This document shows positions 10,001 to 25,000 of a stretch of DNA of 64,000 nt, one piece after another (within the stretch, counting starts at the first letter, position 1; every line of letters begins with the position of its first letter). The translations under genes were made by a program, and so were the position numbers. The notes under the pieces are model-generated. The model was given only the letters and a program-made list of their open reading frames with translations, made no database searches and had not been told where the DNA came from. Source of the DNA: Clostridia bacterium (GTDB lineage Bacteria > Bacillota > Clostridia > Christensenellales > UBA1242). The stretch covers positions 1,156 through 65,155 of the forward strand of contig JAZOTD010000026.1 in the NCBI GenBank assembly GCA_045657465.1, given 5' to 3'.

Positions 10001-13000
10001 GTCTACACAATTGATTATTTCAGGATTACGAGAATTAAGAACTAACACATCAGAAACATAATATAAACTGTTATTATGATTCAATGTTGGTTCTCCTAAA
10101 AATTCTGTATAAGATGTGTTTGGAAGTTCAGTGTTTGTGTTTGAATTATAAAGTTTTCCATCTTGATAGTAATATTCTTTGCTATCACCATAATAAACTC
10201 TAAGTTTATAAACAGACACTGAATATGGTTGAATGTCGAGTTCACCGCCACCATAGTTTACAGCAACTGCTGGTTTGCTATAGTTTACGTTGAAGAACAA
10301 GCCATCCATGATAGGATAACAAACATTTGTTAAAGAATAATCTGGAGTTTCTGGATTCTGCAATGAGTAACTTGTGTAGATTTGTCCGTCAATGAAATAA
10401 TATTCTTTGTCGTTATATCTAAGTGTCACTGCATGTAATCTTCCACCAGAAGAAAGAACAGATTTCTTGAAGTAAGCTTTTTCGCCATCACTAATATCAC
10501 CATTGAAATAGTCACTATCAAATGCGTCTGTAACGGTTATATATTGACCAGAATTTCCAATTGTTGCATAGTCTCCATAAGAACCACCACCAGAAATATC
10601 TACTGAAGTTACGAGTTCATACACTGTTGTGTTTGAAGCATCATAAATATAGTCAAAAATTGAATATTCTGTTTTCTTTGGAAGTGCGCTTGATTTGTAA
10701 TAACCAGTAGTTATTCCCATATTGCTAATAGTTGATTTAATTAGCAATGCATATTGAACGGCATTTCCATAGATGTAGTGGGTAGTTGATGTGTTTTCAA
10801 ATTTTGTATACTCAATCTTAGATGATTTATCATACTCATTTTTGAATCCTTCATTCAAATATAGTTCATTGTTTTCTTCAACAGCTTCAATTTGTGAATA
10901 AATAAATTTATCTCTATTTGAGCTATAGTTTTGAGTATATGTTACAGAATCACCTTTTTCAACTTTTCCAATAATGTAGTTAAAGTTGGTGTCTGTGGCA
11001 CTTGAAGATGAAATATGGTTGAATGATGGGTCATATGAATAGTGAGATGAGTTTCCTGGAGCCAAAATACCTGTAATATAAGAAGCTCCTGCACTAGAAG
11101 CATTAACATATGCATCTGCAATATAGAACATTGAAGATGTTGGTTGAAGTGTCATTTCTAATGGATTTTTGGTTATATTTGAGATTGGTGCAAACCAACT
11201 TAAAGCAGGGTTTGTTGAATCTTGTGGGCCAATTAAATATTTTGCATAATCATTGTCGTTGTTAATAAATGACACGGCGCCAGTTCCAATCAAATTATAT
11301 TTGCCGTTAACAAGTGCTCCATAAATATTGTTGTAATCTGCAAGCATAGCTGGAACACCAGAAGTCACTTGAATTTGATGGTAATTATCGGTATTTGCAT
11401 ATGAAGGATATAGGTCATATGCCTTCTTTGTATTTTTATAATACCAAATATTCTTAAATCCATTTTCAAAACCGCTTGCAGCAGAAACAGTTACAGTGTC
11501 TCCGAAGCTTACATATGCATATATTGAAAGGGTATCAATATTAGTTCCATCAGTCTCGATATTAATAACTTCATTAGATTTACCGGTTTTATAAATTTTT
11601 AAACCGATTTTAAACATGTCACCGGTGCCATTTCCAAATACACCGCCACCTTTATTTTCAGCAGCATCACGAGAAAGCAATATATAATATAACTTTTGTG
11701 TTTGAATGATAATTTCATTGTTATCAGCAAAAGTGCCTCCTAATGTCCAGTGGATTACAGAGTTTGCACCAATATCTAATGTTGTTTCTCTTTCAACCTT
11801 GTCTTCATTGCTTTGCAAACCATTTGCACAATAAACATCTTTAAAGTCTAAGCTATAATTTGCAAAATCTGCAACTTCATAAGTTTCTCTAGTTGATGAT
11901 GTTCCTGAATACTGATATTTCTTAACAAAGTTCAATAACTTGACAGTAAATATTGCATTGTTATGAATCAAATCTTCAGCATATATCAGTTTTATGGTGT
12001 ATTTTCCTATGGTATCATTGCTTTCACTCAAATATGAAACTGTGAAATTGTCTGCACCATTTGTAAATGTCATCATTTTGATATCATTTGTAGATGTGTG
12101 CTTGATAGATGTTAAGTTAGGTGTATAAACCTTTTCATTCATCTTAATTTCAATTGCAATTTCAGGAGATTCAACACCACCAGCTGTATCTTCTTTGAAG
12201 TCAAAGCTTAATGAAGTTGATTTAACACTTTCTTTTGCTTCACAGTGCAAAATGAGCATACCTTTCTTTTCTGAACCATCAGGATATTGATATGACGCAT
12301 TTAAGCATGATGTGTATTCACCATAACTCATTGTAATTGCTGAGTTTAATGAACCATAATCAAGTGAATTTAAGGTTTTAATGACGTTATCTGCATCATG
12401 ATAATAATATCTTTCAAATGATAAATATGATGATTTGAAATAAATGGTTAGTGGAGCAGAGAAGTAATATTCAATTTCAATATAATATACACCTGTCTCA
12501 CCTGAGTGACCAACTCTGTAAACTGTGTTGTCTAAATTGGTATCAATGCCAGTTGGTCTCTTAATGTTGTAATTGTGATCTGCTTCAACATATGGGTTTC
12601 CAACTTGAATTGAATCTTTAACAAAATCAAATTCTTTAACTGTTGACATCAACTTACTTTGTTTTAATTCTGGTTTGTATTCACCATTTTCATAATATGA
12701 TGGGTGAACATAAACTCTAATGGTTCCTTTTGTTTTGAAGTTATAGATGATGTTGTAATTTTGAGTACCTTCAGTGAATTGCAATACGTTTCCAATGTAT
12801 ACATTATCTGGGGTGGTTGTTTTTAAATAACCACTAAGTTTATTGGTGCTCACACCATCTGTGCTATATGTGTAGAAACCATCAATAAAGTCATTGTTTC
12901 CAAATGTTTCACTAAACTTAATACCAGATTTTTCAACTTGTGGGTCAATAAATAAGGTTGTTCCTTTTTCACCAGCATTATCTAAAATCTGTGTTTTGAT

Positions 13001-16000
13001 ATAGGCATAAAGTTTAGCGTTGTTGGTGTATGAACCAATAAAGTGAGGTGTTCCATCTAGTTCATTTGTTGAAATATAGTCATTAACATATCCAATTGGG
13101 TAATAAAGCTTTAAGTTATATTCTTCGCAGTCTGCAACACTATCATTTTTAGTGATTGTGATGTTAAGAAGATAGAGATCATCTTCTTCCATTGTAACAG
13201 CAAAGCCACTCTTACTTTCTAACGATTTTGGATATGTGAAATGAATTGTGGTATAGAATTTTGAACCAAAACTATCTGAAACAGAAACTTTTGGATCAAG
13301 AACAAATTTATCTAAACCAGTATCAGGATCTGCAGTTATGATTAAACCTTCATATGCTTGGTTAGCAACATTATAATTAAATTCATATGATGCAGTTCCG
13401 CCATCAATTGCATAAACAACTTTAATTTTTCTAACATACTTTCCAGTAGCAGATGAATATGGTTTTGTCACATTTGCAATTGGATCGTCACCAAAGTTAT
13501 TGTTTGGTTTTGAACTTTCGAGATCATCTGGCAAAATTTCAGTTGCATTGTTTCTATCAACATATGCATCATCAACATTGATTTCTGCATCTTTGAATTG
13601 AGCACACACTGTTACTGATTCAGTAACAATGAATGAGAATGAATATCCAACATCACTAACTTTGTAGAATGTTGATGTTTCACTATCATAGTTAACTCTA
13701 AATCCAATGAAACTTTCGTTTTGATATTCTTTTGCCAAAGTCACAGTTATATATGTGTATCTTGGATAATATCTGTTAATCATATTTGAAGAAAGTTGAA
13801 TCTTTTCTTCAGTATGAGTAACGCCTTCTTTGTCAACATAATTTACAACAAAGTAGTTTTGTGTTTTTGAAACAATTTGAAGCTCTGTTGTTGAAACTTG
13901 TTTTGAATATACATAGAGTGTGTATTCATCTTCAGTGATTTGATAAACCGAATCAGTTGATCCAACAAGATTAGAGAGTGGGGTAGTTCCATTTTTGATG
14001 TTTTCAACATAATACTTTTGAGTTGTAGTTTCATTTATTTGTTTAATTATAAACTGTCTATTTGAATCGTCTATGTCAATCTTAAATGAGTTAAGGGTTG
14101 TATAGACACGTGAATCGACCACATTTTCAGTTGGATAATAAACATAATATGCTTTGCCATTTACATAAAGTGTGTTTATGGTATTAGCAAAGTATTGATT
14201 GTGTATCTGATTGTTTTGACTAATGTTGTTTGTTGCAACAATAATCGATGAAGCAGCGTTAAACTTTTGAACAATTGTTTCACCGTTTGCTGTTTTAGAA
14301 GTGTTTTCAGCTAAAACAGAAATTCTAAATGTGTTGTAGTGATTTTGAATTTGAACATCAACTTCATCTAAATTGTTTCCAACATCAACATTTTGAATAA
14401 ATTTGTTGTTATCAATATAAATCTTTGAATATCTAATGTAAGCATCTGCTTGTTCTGCAACATTGCTTGAAATTCTAAATCTATCTCTATAACCACTTGA
14501 TTCAGAATCATAAAGTTTGAATTCTTGACTAATTAATGAATTAAATTCAAACACATCTTCACGAACTTCACCGGTATCTTCATCAACCGCATCACCTCTA
14601 AACAAGAATGTGTTTTCGGCATTGATTGTTACACTAGTGAATGCACTATATACTGTTGCATTAATTTCAATGCTTGATGTTGCACTGTTTGCTTTGAGCG
14701 GAAGCATATTTGTTGCAGCACCTGATTGAATGTAACCATATGCGTTGTGGAGCTTACCTTCAAGTGAAATAGAAGAAAGTTCTGTGTATTCAATTGTGAT
14801 TGTTCGATATTCTACAAATCTACCAACATTTACGCCTTTTAGATTTTCAGTGCTACCAAATGTGTAAGACGACAAGATATTTACACCTTTAGTAACTTCT
14901 TGCCACCAACCAGTAAACACATATTTTTTCTTTGTAATTTTATCTACAAAGATTCTATAACCATTGTCAATCAAGCTTTGATAGTTGTCATAAAGTTCAC
15001 TATTGAAATATTCATAGTCATAGCTTTGAGGTTCGCTATCACCATAACTGTAAACTTCAACTGAAATTGAAGATTCAAGAGTTGGAGTTGCAGGAGATGT
15101 TGTGTATTTAGAAACAAATTGCAACTTTTGTCCTACTTCTTCAATTGCATATAATGAGAAGTATTGGTCATCTGAAACAAGATTTGTTGAAGCAGAAATT
15201 GATTCATTGAACAAATACCAACCATTGAAGTAATAGAATGTTTCTGATGAAACTTGAATGCTTGCATTTTCAACACCAAATCTAAGCAATGTTCCATATG
15301 GAACAGTGATTGTGAAGATTAAGTTTTCTTTGTTTGCTTGAATGTTGATATCAGTGATACTTGTTGAGCTTTCAAAGTAGTCATCACCAAGCACATAAGA
15401 TGCGTTGATTGAGTTGTAGATATTGCTAATAGTTCCAGTAATGAGCAGTTCTTTCAACAATTTTTGGTCTGTGCCGATTGAACCAATATAGTCTTTAGAT
15501 TCTTGACCATTTACTGCGATTCTATATTCAATAGAAACATTTTTAGCAAATTTAGCTTCAACAACAACATCTTCATTAAATTCAGACAAGTCAACGATTA
15601 ATGACAAGTTGTTGTATGAGTTGTCAATATAATCACCATTTACATAAAGACCAATGAATGTGTAGTTTTCTTTTGGTTTTAATGTGATGTAGAGAAGTGG
15701 GAATGTTTCTGAATAAACATGTGTTTCAGGTGAAATAGAACCACCATGTGTTCTAATAGAAGTTAGGCTATAAACAATTTCGCCTCCACATGTTTCATCT
15801 TTGTCAGCTCCATAACTTCCATCACTTTCAACAGTAGAAACCACATAACTGATTGTGTAACCACCATTGATGATAGTGAGAATATCAAAGTCACTTTCAA
15901 CAACATATCTGTAACCAGCTTTGTTGATTGATTGAATTGTAAGTTTGTTTGTTGAATAAAGATTGTTTTCAGCTCTAAAGATTACAACGCTGTTTGAAAT

Positions 16001-19000
16001 GAGATATTCAACATCATCAGCAATTGTTTCTTCTGCAAATGAAATGCTTGTGTAGAGCTGTTTTTCAAGAACATAATAAATTTTGTTTTGATAAATAACA
16101 TATGAACCATTCATAATTGTTGGGTTTGCAGCACTTGCGCCGGCAGCAGCAACAATTGAAACAGTTGTGATATTAACTTCGTATGAATAGATCATGTCGT
16201 CAATTGTTTCAATTGGAACATCAACAAATTCATATGAGTTGTTAAAGTCTAATGATGAAGCCGAAATTTCAGTTTCAACACCACTAACCAAAATTTTAAC
16301 TTTTCCAAACTTATCTGTGTTGAAATAAACAAGTTTTCCATCGGCAATGCTATATGCAACTGAATTGTAAAGCTTGTTGTTGTTTAAGTAGTAATATTCA
16401 GCATTGTAATATACATATTCGATGTTGTTGATGTTATATCTATTACCGATAGTGTTTGTAAGTCTATCTTTTTGATCGAATTCGTATGGATTGTTTATTC
16501 CATCATAATTATCTGTTCTTGATGAACCATCTGCAAGGGTGTCTGAAATTGTATAATAATGTCCTGACCAAGCGTATAGAACTGTGTCATTAACAAATGT
16601 GTCAACAGGAACATTAAACACGATTTCTTCTGTCTTGTATGGTCTTTCACCTTCATTAACTGCAGCGTTCTTCTCTTCAGTAACAACGCCAAGTCTGTTA
16701 TCAGTAGGTGAGTTAAATGTGTAATAGTATCTATAGTTAAGATATGTTGAAATATATCCCGAATCAGTTTCTGGAAGAGCGATCTTGATTGGCATAATTC
16801 TAACAAATCTTGCAACTAGCACGGTTACTTTTGGCAACATAGAGTCAAAGAAGTTGTTTGACACCAAGATATAAGTTGCAGGTCTGTTTGCGTCTGTAAT
16901 AACTTGCCACCAACCAGTGAACAAATATTGAGCTCCATTATGAGTATAAACTTGAATAGAGTTGTCTTTGTCTTCTGGATTGATATCTTGCATGTTGTCA
17001 GGGTTGTTAAGAATTGTTGAAACAGTTAAACCGTCTGACTTGTTATCAGAAATGCTATCAATAACTTCAATATTGTCTTTGTCTGTAGGAACTGATGGAC
17101 CACCTTGATCTTGACTATATTTCGCATCAATATCTAATGAAGAACCATAATAATCATTTGTTGCATAGAATGACAAAGTATCATTATAGCTAATTGCTGA
17201 TGGAGCAAGTTCATATTGACCATGTCTATACAAATACCATCCATTGAAATAGAAGTTGAAGGTTTCTTTGTCAAGACCATCACCAATTGAAGATGTTGGA
17301 GCTTTTTGAGCTACTGCAAGGTCAATCTTTGTTCCATAAGCAACTGTAAATTTCATAAACAAAATGTCTGCATCTACTTTATAGAGTGTATTTCCTTCAG
17401 TAGCAACATATTCTGTTCCATTAAATTCCCAGTTATCTGTATCGCTTTGATAACCGCTGTTTTGATATTCAATATATTCAGTGTTTGAAAGGCTATATTC
17501 AGCTGTTTCATCAAAAATTTCACCTTTCTTTACTTTAATATATTTTTTATCCCAAATGCTAACATTTGGAGTTGTTGAGTTTCCTAATTGGTCAACACTA
17601 TACAAAATATCACTCTTGTAAATAGTTGAAAGGGTGATGCTCACATTAAACGTACTTTGTAATGATTCTTTAATTCCATAAGCAGATTCAAGAGATTCTC
17701 TCAATGAAATATTGTTCACACTCATACGAATTGTAAAGTCAACAAGTTTTGCAAATCTTGCTTCGATTGTGACATCTTTAATTTCTTTTCCAGACAAGAT
17801 ATAGAATTGTTCCATATCCAAAACTATTTCATCAGTATAGTTGTAAGTGTCGCCACTATCAATGCTTATTCCAGCATTTGAATCACCAACATAAATGCCA
17901 TCTAAGAATAATCCAGTGAATGAATATCCTTCTTTTGGAGTGCAAACGATAGAAAGCATATTGTATGTTGGAGAGAAGAATGTTCCATCGCTTTCATTTT
18001 CATTAAATCCTTTTTGATAAGACTTAATTTCAACAGTTCCACCAATAGGACGTTCTGCTCTGTTTGAAATATTTGACAATTCGCTGTCATAATCATCAAT
18101 TGTAGAAACGATTTTGTTTACTTGATAAACTTTTTCATAAATTGCAGTTATATAAATTTTAACAACAATTTCACCTTCACTAATTGGGATATATCCCATA
18201 GCAGTGTTACCTGAAATGCTTGAAACATCTTCAGCAACACCGGTTTCAGTTGTGTATATATATCTATATTGCAATTTTTCTTGTTCAGTTTTTGTTGAAT
18301 CATTAATAACAGGGGCATTAAGATTCACATTCATAATAAGTTTTGTATATTTAAAACCAGTGATGCGATATCCAACTAAATGTCCGCCAGTAACAAGCAG
18401 ATTTGAACCACTAAGTGCATAAATTGCTCGGTTTGGATCATTTTCTGTCATTAAATATGATTCGACATTGTTTGAAATTTTGTATTTTTTGTATTTTGAA
18501 TTATCAGCAACGTTTTCTGGTTTTTTAGCATTAACTAAAGCGTTAAACTTAACCACATCATCAACTATATAATGTTCATTTCCAGCACCGTTTTCAGCTT
18601 TGGTTGAGAATGCAGTTTCTTCAGTTGTGATGCCAAGCAAGTTTCCGCTAAATGTAGATGAAACCAAAATTTTGCCTTCTTCATAACTGTCAAGTGGAGA
18701 AGTTGTGTAATGTACTTCTGTGTAATGACCATATGAAGCGGTAAATCTAAAGTTATCAGATGACATGTATGCATATTTGAATGGCACACCAGCAACCAAG
18801 ATTGTTCCGTTGAAGTTTTCAAGGTCACCAGTCTTTGACATTTGATATCTTTGACCAGAATATTCAAAGTAATAATATTGTCCGTTATAGTCAATTGGCA
18901 TAATTGCATTAATAACTTTATTGTCGCTGTTGTGACTATAAATCACGATGAAACCATTGCTTTCTTTGATTTCATTTGCATACTCTCTAACAAGAGGTAA

Positions 19001-22000
19001 GTTGATTGTAGGATTTGTTGAGTATAAATATCCATTTAAATACCATCCATAGAACACAAGGTTTGTGCTATCAAAAGCAGCTCCTGAATTCACATCATCA
19101 ACAAGATTTGTCTTTAATGTTTGATAAGTATAAATACGACTGTTGTCTGATGGGTTGTGGATAGGATAGGTAAGTTGCAATGAATTTGAACTATGATATG
19201 TCTTTGTTGTTGTTGCACCATCGGTGTCTGTATATGGATTATAAGAATAATCATAATATGACAAATAGTGAATATCTCTCAAGTTGACTTTGTTTTTAGC
19301 ATAGTCTGTTGAAAGATAAACGTTTACGAATGGAAGCAAGTCTTCTGTTGAATCTCCATTGATTGAATCATCAAATGCGTTTCCATTGATTGTTTTTTCA
19401 ACTTCAATTGTAAATGCACAGAAGTATGACAAGTTCATATACAATGCTTTCTTTCCAGACAATTTGTCACCACTTGTATCAATATAGAAACATCCGTCAT
19501 AATATTGACCAAGGTTAGCAACTACGGTTGTGTCTTCTTGGAAACCACTTGTGATGTTGAATATACTTTCTTTAACTGAAGGCATATATCTATTTTCAAC
19601 TTGTGGCGCAAGATATGGATAAACATATACTTTTGAATCTTTTTGAATTGTTACCTGACCACCACTTTCATCTAAAAGTGTGCTGAGATAAACTCTTCTT
19701 TCATTTCCACCAGAGTTTGTGAAAATAATGAGTGCATCAAAATAATCTTTGAATATTTCAGATGTTGCGTTGTTGTTTGCAAAGTTTTCATCATCGATGT
19801 GAACGTCAATTTTTGTATTGAATGTGAATGTTACAACTTCAGCAAATTTTGCATAAATAACAAGCACGTTGTTATCATCAGCATTGTCTGTCATAACGTT
19901 GGTGATGGTGATTGATGAAGTTGCTTTATCAGAAATAATTTCTTCAATCAAAACTTCATAGGTTGTTACTTGTTTGCCTGAACCATCATCTTTCGTAATT
20001 GTTGCCAAACTACAATTAACTGAAATTTCTTCACCTCTTGCAGTAAACAACTTTCCAGCTTTTGTTTGATCAGCAGCATATCCCTTTGGATAGTAATAAC
20101 AATCTTCACCACTATATCTAATTTTGTATGCACCAGCTTCATACGTTGCTTTGTATCTCTTGTTGAAATAATAATATACAAACGCATAGTCAGTGCTGTC
20201 TACAGTTTGAATTTTGTAGTTAATTGATGAACCAGCATTGATTGAGGTTTTGTCTGAGTGATAAATGTCATTTGTAATTGTGTGTTGCACAGCTCCTTCT
20301 GGAGAAGTGTAATCAGCAAGAAGATATTCATTCGCACCAATAAGCATTGTGTCACTAAAGATCTTATCATAAGGGTAAACACCACCAACAAGTGAAAGAC
20401 CATCGATTTGGGTTTGAATTGTCATTGATGTTGAGAATCTAACTTCTAATGAAAGATCTGAAGTTACACCAGCGAGAAGTGGTTGTGTGTCTTTATAGTT
20501 AAATCTATAAATCTTATATAGCTGACCACCAATGCTAACATTGACCTTCCAAGGTGTAAGCATGTGTGAATTTATCACTGAATCAATCAATGATTGTCCA
20601 TTTTTGTAGAAACCAATAAGCGATGTTGCAGGTTCTGCAAAGAAGTAAACATAGAATGATTCATTCAATGCATATGATGTTGACATGTATTCTTTTGATT
20701 TTAATGTGTAGTTAAAGAATTGATTACGTTGTTCTGCTGTCATTGTACTCAATGAGTTTACATAAGCATCTGTCATGTAATCATTGTCTTCATCAACAAC
20801 AATTGTGTATGCATTGTCTGTATATAATTGAGCTATAGCAGATTCTGACATAGAAGACATCAAATATTGCTTCATTGTCACAACATAAGCATTTGAGAAG
20901 TTGTATGTGAACACATATTTTTCTTGATAGTTTTTGATTGCAACGGTGTAATTCTTTAGATTTGCTGGTAGCGTTGCACCGTTAACCGTAACACCTGTTT
21001 TTGCAATGTTTGTTTCTGCACCAGTGCCAGGTTTATATTTTGCAATTTCAATAATTGAACCTGCGCTTGCAACTGGATATATTGTCACATCTGAACCAAT
21101 GATTACGTAGTTGAAACTGTCGTCATTAGAAATATGGTCTTGATCAGCTGAAGTAGGGAGTTTCATGTGGCTTCCTGCAACTCCAAGTGATGATGCATTC
21201 AACTTTTTCAAATCTTCATTTGCAAGCAATGCAGTATTTGAAACAACTGCTTCATATGAACCGCCTGCATTTACATTAATGTCGAGTATTTGAATTTCAA
21301 CAAAAATCGCTGTTACTTTTCCTGCCAATTCATCATTGCCAAAATTAATTACTGGGCTTGTAGAAATGTCTTCGCCAAATTTAAATCCAACAAACTTGAA
21401 ATATCTGCCTTTATATTCAACAATTGAATAATCTTCGCCTCTGCCAGTAGAAATTGAAATTACCAAGTTGCTTGTTGGAGAAGGTTCACTATCGCCTTCA
21501 CCAAATTTTCCAAACTTGTATTTGATGTAATAACCATTTTCAATGTTGTCTACATCTGCAAAATCTTCTATTGAATCTAAGTTATAATAGAGCACACCAT
21601 TTGATGAAGATGATGTGTCTGATGTTTCTGAACCAGCGCCATAATATGGAGCGTTGTAATTTAACACCATTGGAACAACTGGTATATCACTAACTTCAAC
21701 TGCTGAAATTGCAGGTGAGTTGCTTTGATTGATTGTATAGAATTTTTGACCAACTTCTAATATTGTTGGAGATTTTGATACAGCTTGCAACAAAATGATG
21801 TGGTTGTTTTGTCCAAGTTGGGCATCTTCGTTTATTGTGGCATTGCTTATTTTTATAGTTTCTTTGTTTTCAGGGTTAAATGATTCATCGAACAAATAGA
21901 AATATATTATTCTTTCATCATAAAACTTTCCAATATAATCGTCGCCAGCAAAGAACCAAGCTTTATTTTTTGAAGCATCTGTTGTATACACATTTGGAGA

Positions 22001-25000
22001 ACCGGTAGAAGAACTTGTTCCATTGGTTACCCATTGAGAATATTCATTTTTAATTTCTTCAGTTTCAAATTCAATACCAGCAATTAAAGAATGGGTTGGT
22101 TGAATAAAGTTTCCTGCACTATCTTCATAACCATTATATTTCTTATAATCGAAATATCCAGTAATGGTGAGTCCGTTACCTTTCCAAACAACAGAAATAG
22201 GGTTGTTTGCGCTATCTTTGCCTGTTATATTGTCACCATAATGAATAGTAGATCCGGTAGCACCAGTGATATACATTATATTTTCTTTGCTACCTGCCAT
22301 GTCAGCATTGTCATAAGAATATAAATAGAAGTCTTTTTTAGCTTCGCCATCACTTATAAATGAATCAATAGTGAATTGTGTGAGAACAACAAATTCAGTT
22401 TCAATTGAAATATCACATTTGAGCAGAGCAGTTTTCTCTTTTACACTATCAGTTGTGTTCAAATCTACCATATATGAAGCCAATGGATATTGAATATATG
22501 ACACATTAGTTAAACTCAAATCATCAAACTTAACTTCTTGATATTTGTCATCTCCAGCATAAGTGATAAATTTGATTGGGTGAGTGCCGGTATCATAACG
22601 ATTAGATGTGTCTGATGATATGACATCTCCAAATTTATTTGAACCATTTGCTGATAGATATGAAAGTTTATAAGTGTCTGCAATTCTGTATCCACCAATT
22701 GGAGCAACCATAACTGTTGGTGATGATGAGAAATAATACCAACCACTAATTGTAATTGTTCCAGTATCTTCATCACGAGTTGTCACAACTTCATTTCCAG
22801 TTGAATCGATTGTTGATTCAAATTCAACATTTACTTCACTTGGGTTATATGTGAATGAAAGGTTAGTGATTGCTGTGAAGATTGCAACAATGTTTGTATC
22901 TGTTGTAGCTGTGGTGATAAATGGTTTTACAAATTCTGTTGTAATACATTCCATTTCAGACCAAAGTCTTGTGTCTCTGTCAAAGGTTTGACTATACCAG
23001 CCAGCAAATGTGTAAGCCTTCACAATGTATGGACTGATATCTGCAAATTTTGTGTGAGTAGCTGGATTGAATGCCATTTTTGCAATATAAACAGTTTTAT
23101 AATCTTCTTCATAAACCCAAACTTCATCCGTATCGTTTACTTTACAAACAACATATTTGCCATTTTCAATTTCTATATATTCTTTTGTTCCATTATAGTC
23201 GGTTGAATTTGTGAGTTTTGTAACTCTTTCTGTATATTTATTTTCATTTGAAGTAAACGAAACAGCAGAGTTTTGATAATAAGTTCTTAAACCACCCCAC
23301 AAAATAATTGAATATTCTGCAAATGACATGTTTCCATATGAACAATAGTTTGGTCTATTGGCAGTTGAACCTTCTGCATAAAGCATATTGTCAGACAAGT
23401 GTTGATAACCAGAATTAAATTTTTGATAAGTTGCATAACCATCAACATATCTAAATTCATTTTCAGTTGTCTTTTTTGCACCGCCAATATAAGTGAGTTC
23501 ACCCAAACTTGATGACACACCACCTGCAGTGTAGATTTGGTTGTCAAGAATATAATATGGGTTTTCTGTAAAGTTCTTATCAGTTGTAGAGAAGAATTGA
23601 TCGGTGTATTTTGAATCAGTGTCATCAATGGTGTCAATAATTGATGTTGAAACGCTAACTGTATAAATTGTTATACTTGAAAGGTTTACATAGTTAACTC
23701 TGCCACTGATGAATGGTCCATAAATGTATATTTCACTAGGAGATTTTACATATAATGCAGTGCCAGAAATATTAACATCTCCAGAAGCTTCATTTCCAAC
23801 GTCTGCAATTGAATTTTGTTCAATGTTGCTAACAACTGTGTAGAAAATTTCACTAATTAAATCAAGTTCATTTTCTGTTGAATTTTTATATGAAGAATAT
23901 TCTCCAGATGTTCCAATAGGTGAAATTTTGTAATAGCTTTCAGACTCAAGAGCAAATGCAAGATTAATTGCATTTTCAACATTGCTCGCTGCATACAAAA
24001 TTTGATTTACTTTTGAAATAAAATCAGAAAGTCTTGTAAATGATTGATATTGCAAATCTAAAATCAAAGTTTTTGTGTAATCAGTAAGCACTTGGAAGAG
24101 TGTTGGTGTTTTTGTTATTTCCAAAACTTCTTGTGACGCAAGAGCTTGTGTGATTTCATTCACTTTTAAATTCAAAATAGAATTTTGAGTCTTGCTATAG
24201 ATAAAGTTTTGTGTAACAAATATTTCACCAGAAACAGTCATATAATAGTTTATTGTGTCAACACTGGTTGTACTGATTGACACAGTTTTTGCACTAAACT
24301 TGCCAAGAATTTGATTGATTAAATTTGGCAATTCTCTCATTGCGGTTGCAAAGTTAAGATTTGCTGAGTTTGATTCTTGAGCATAACACAAATTGTTAAA
24401 CACAAATATAAATGCTTTTCTAATTGTGTCTAAATAGTTGAGTTGTGCATCACTTCCACTAAGTTTAACATTGATATAATCTGAGAAATTAAACGTTTTT
24501 GTTCCTATACTAATTGGAGCCGTCCAATTATAAGTGGTTACAGGTGGAGATCCACTGGTTGTGGTTGTATAGAAGTTGTCTTTTGTTACACCATTAAAAG
24601 CACCTTCTTTTGCAAGCCAATAGAAGAGTGATTCTGCCATATATTTTGAGAAACTGATTGCTTTCGCATATTTATATGACACGTTTTCGGCAAAAGCCAT
24701 TTTTAATTTAAGTGATTTACTATTGAAAGTAAATGTCATATAGTTATCTTCAGCCAAGTTATATCTGTCACCGCCAGAGGTTGTAACAAATAGGTCGAAG
24801 AATGAATCATAATAACCAATTCCATAACCTGTCAAAACGTCAGATGTGATGTTTTTAGCTTTTTCTGGGTGCAACACATATTCAGGGTTTTCATTTCCTG
24901 CAGTGGTTGTCACACCATCAGTTTGTTCCATTGATCTGTCAAGTGTTACCTTGAGCAAATAATATAAATATTCAACATCTTCAGTTTGTCCTTCATTGAT

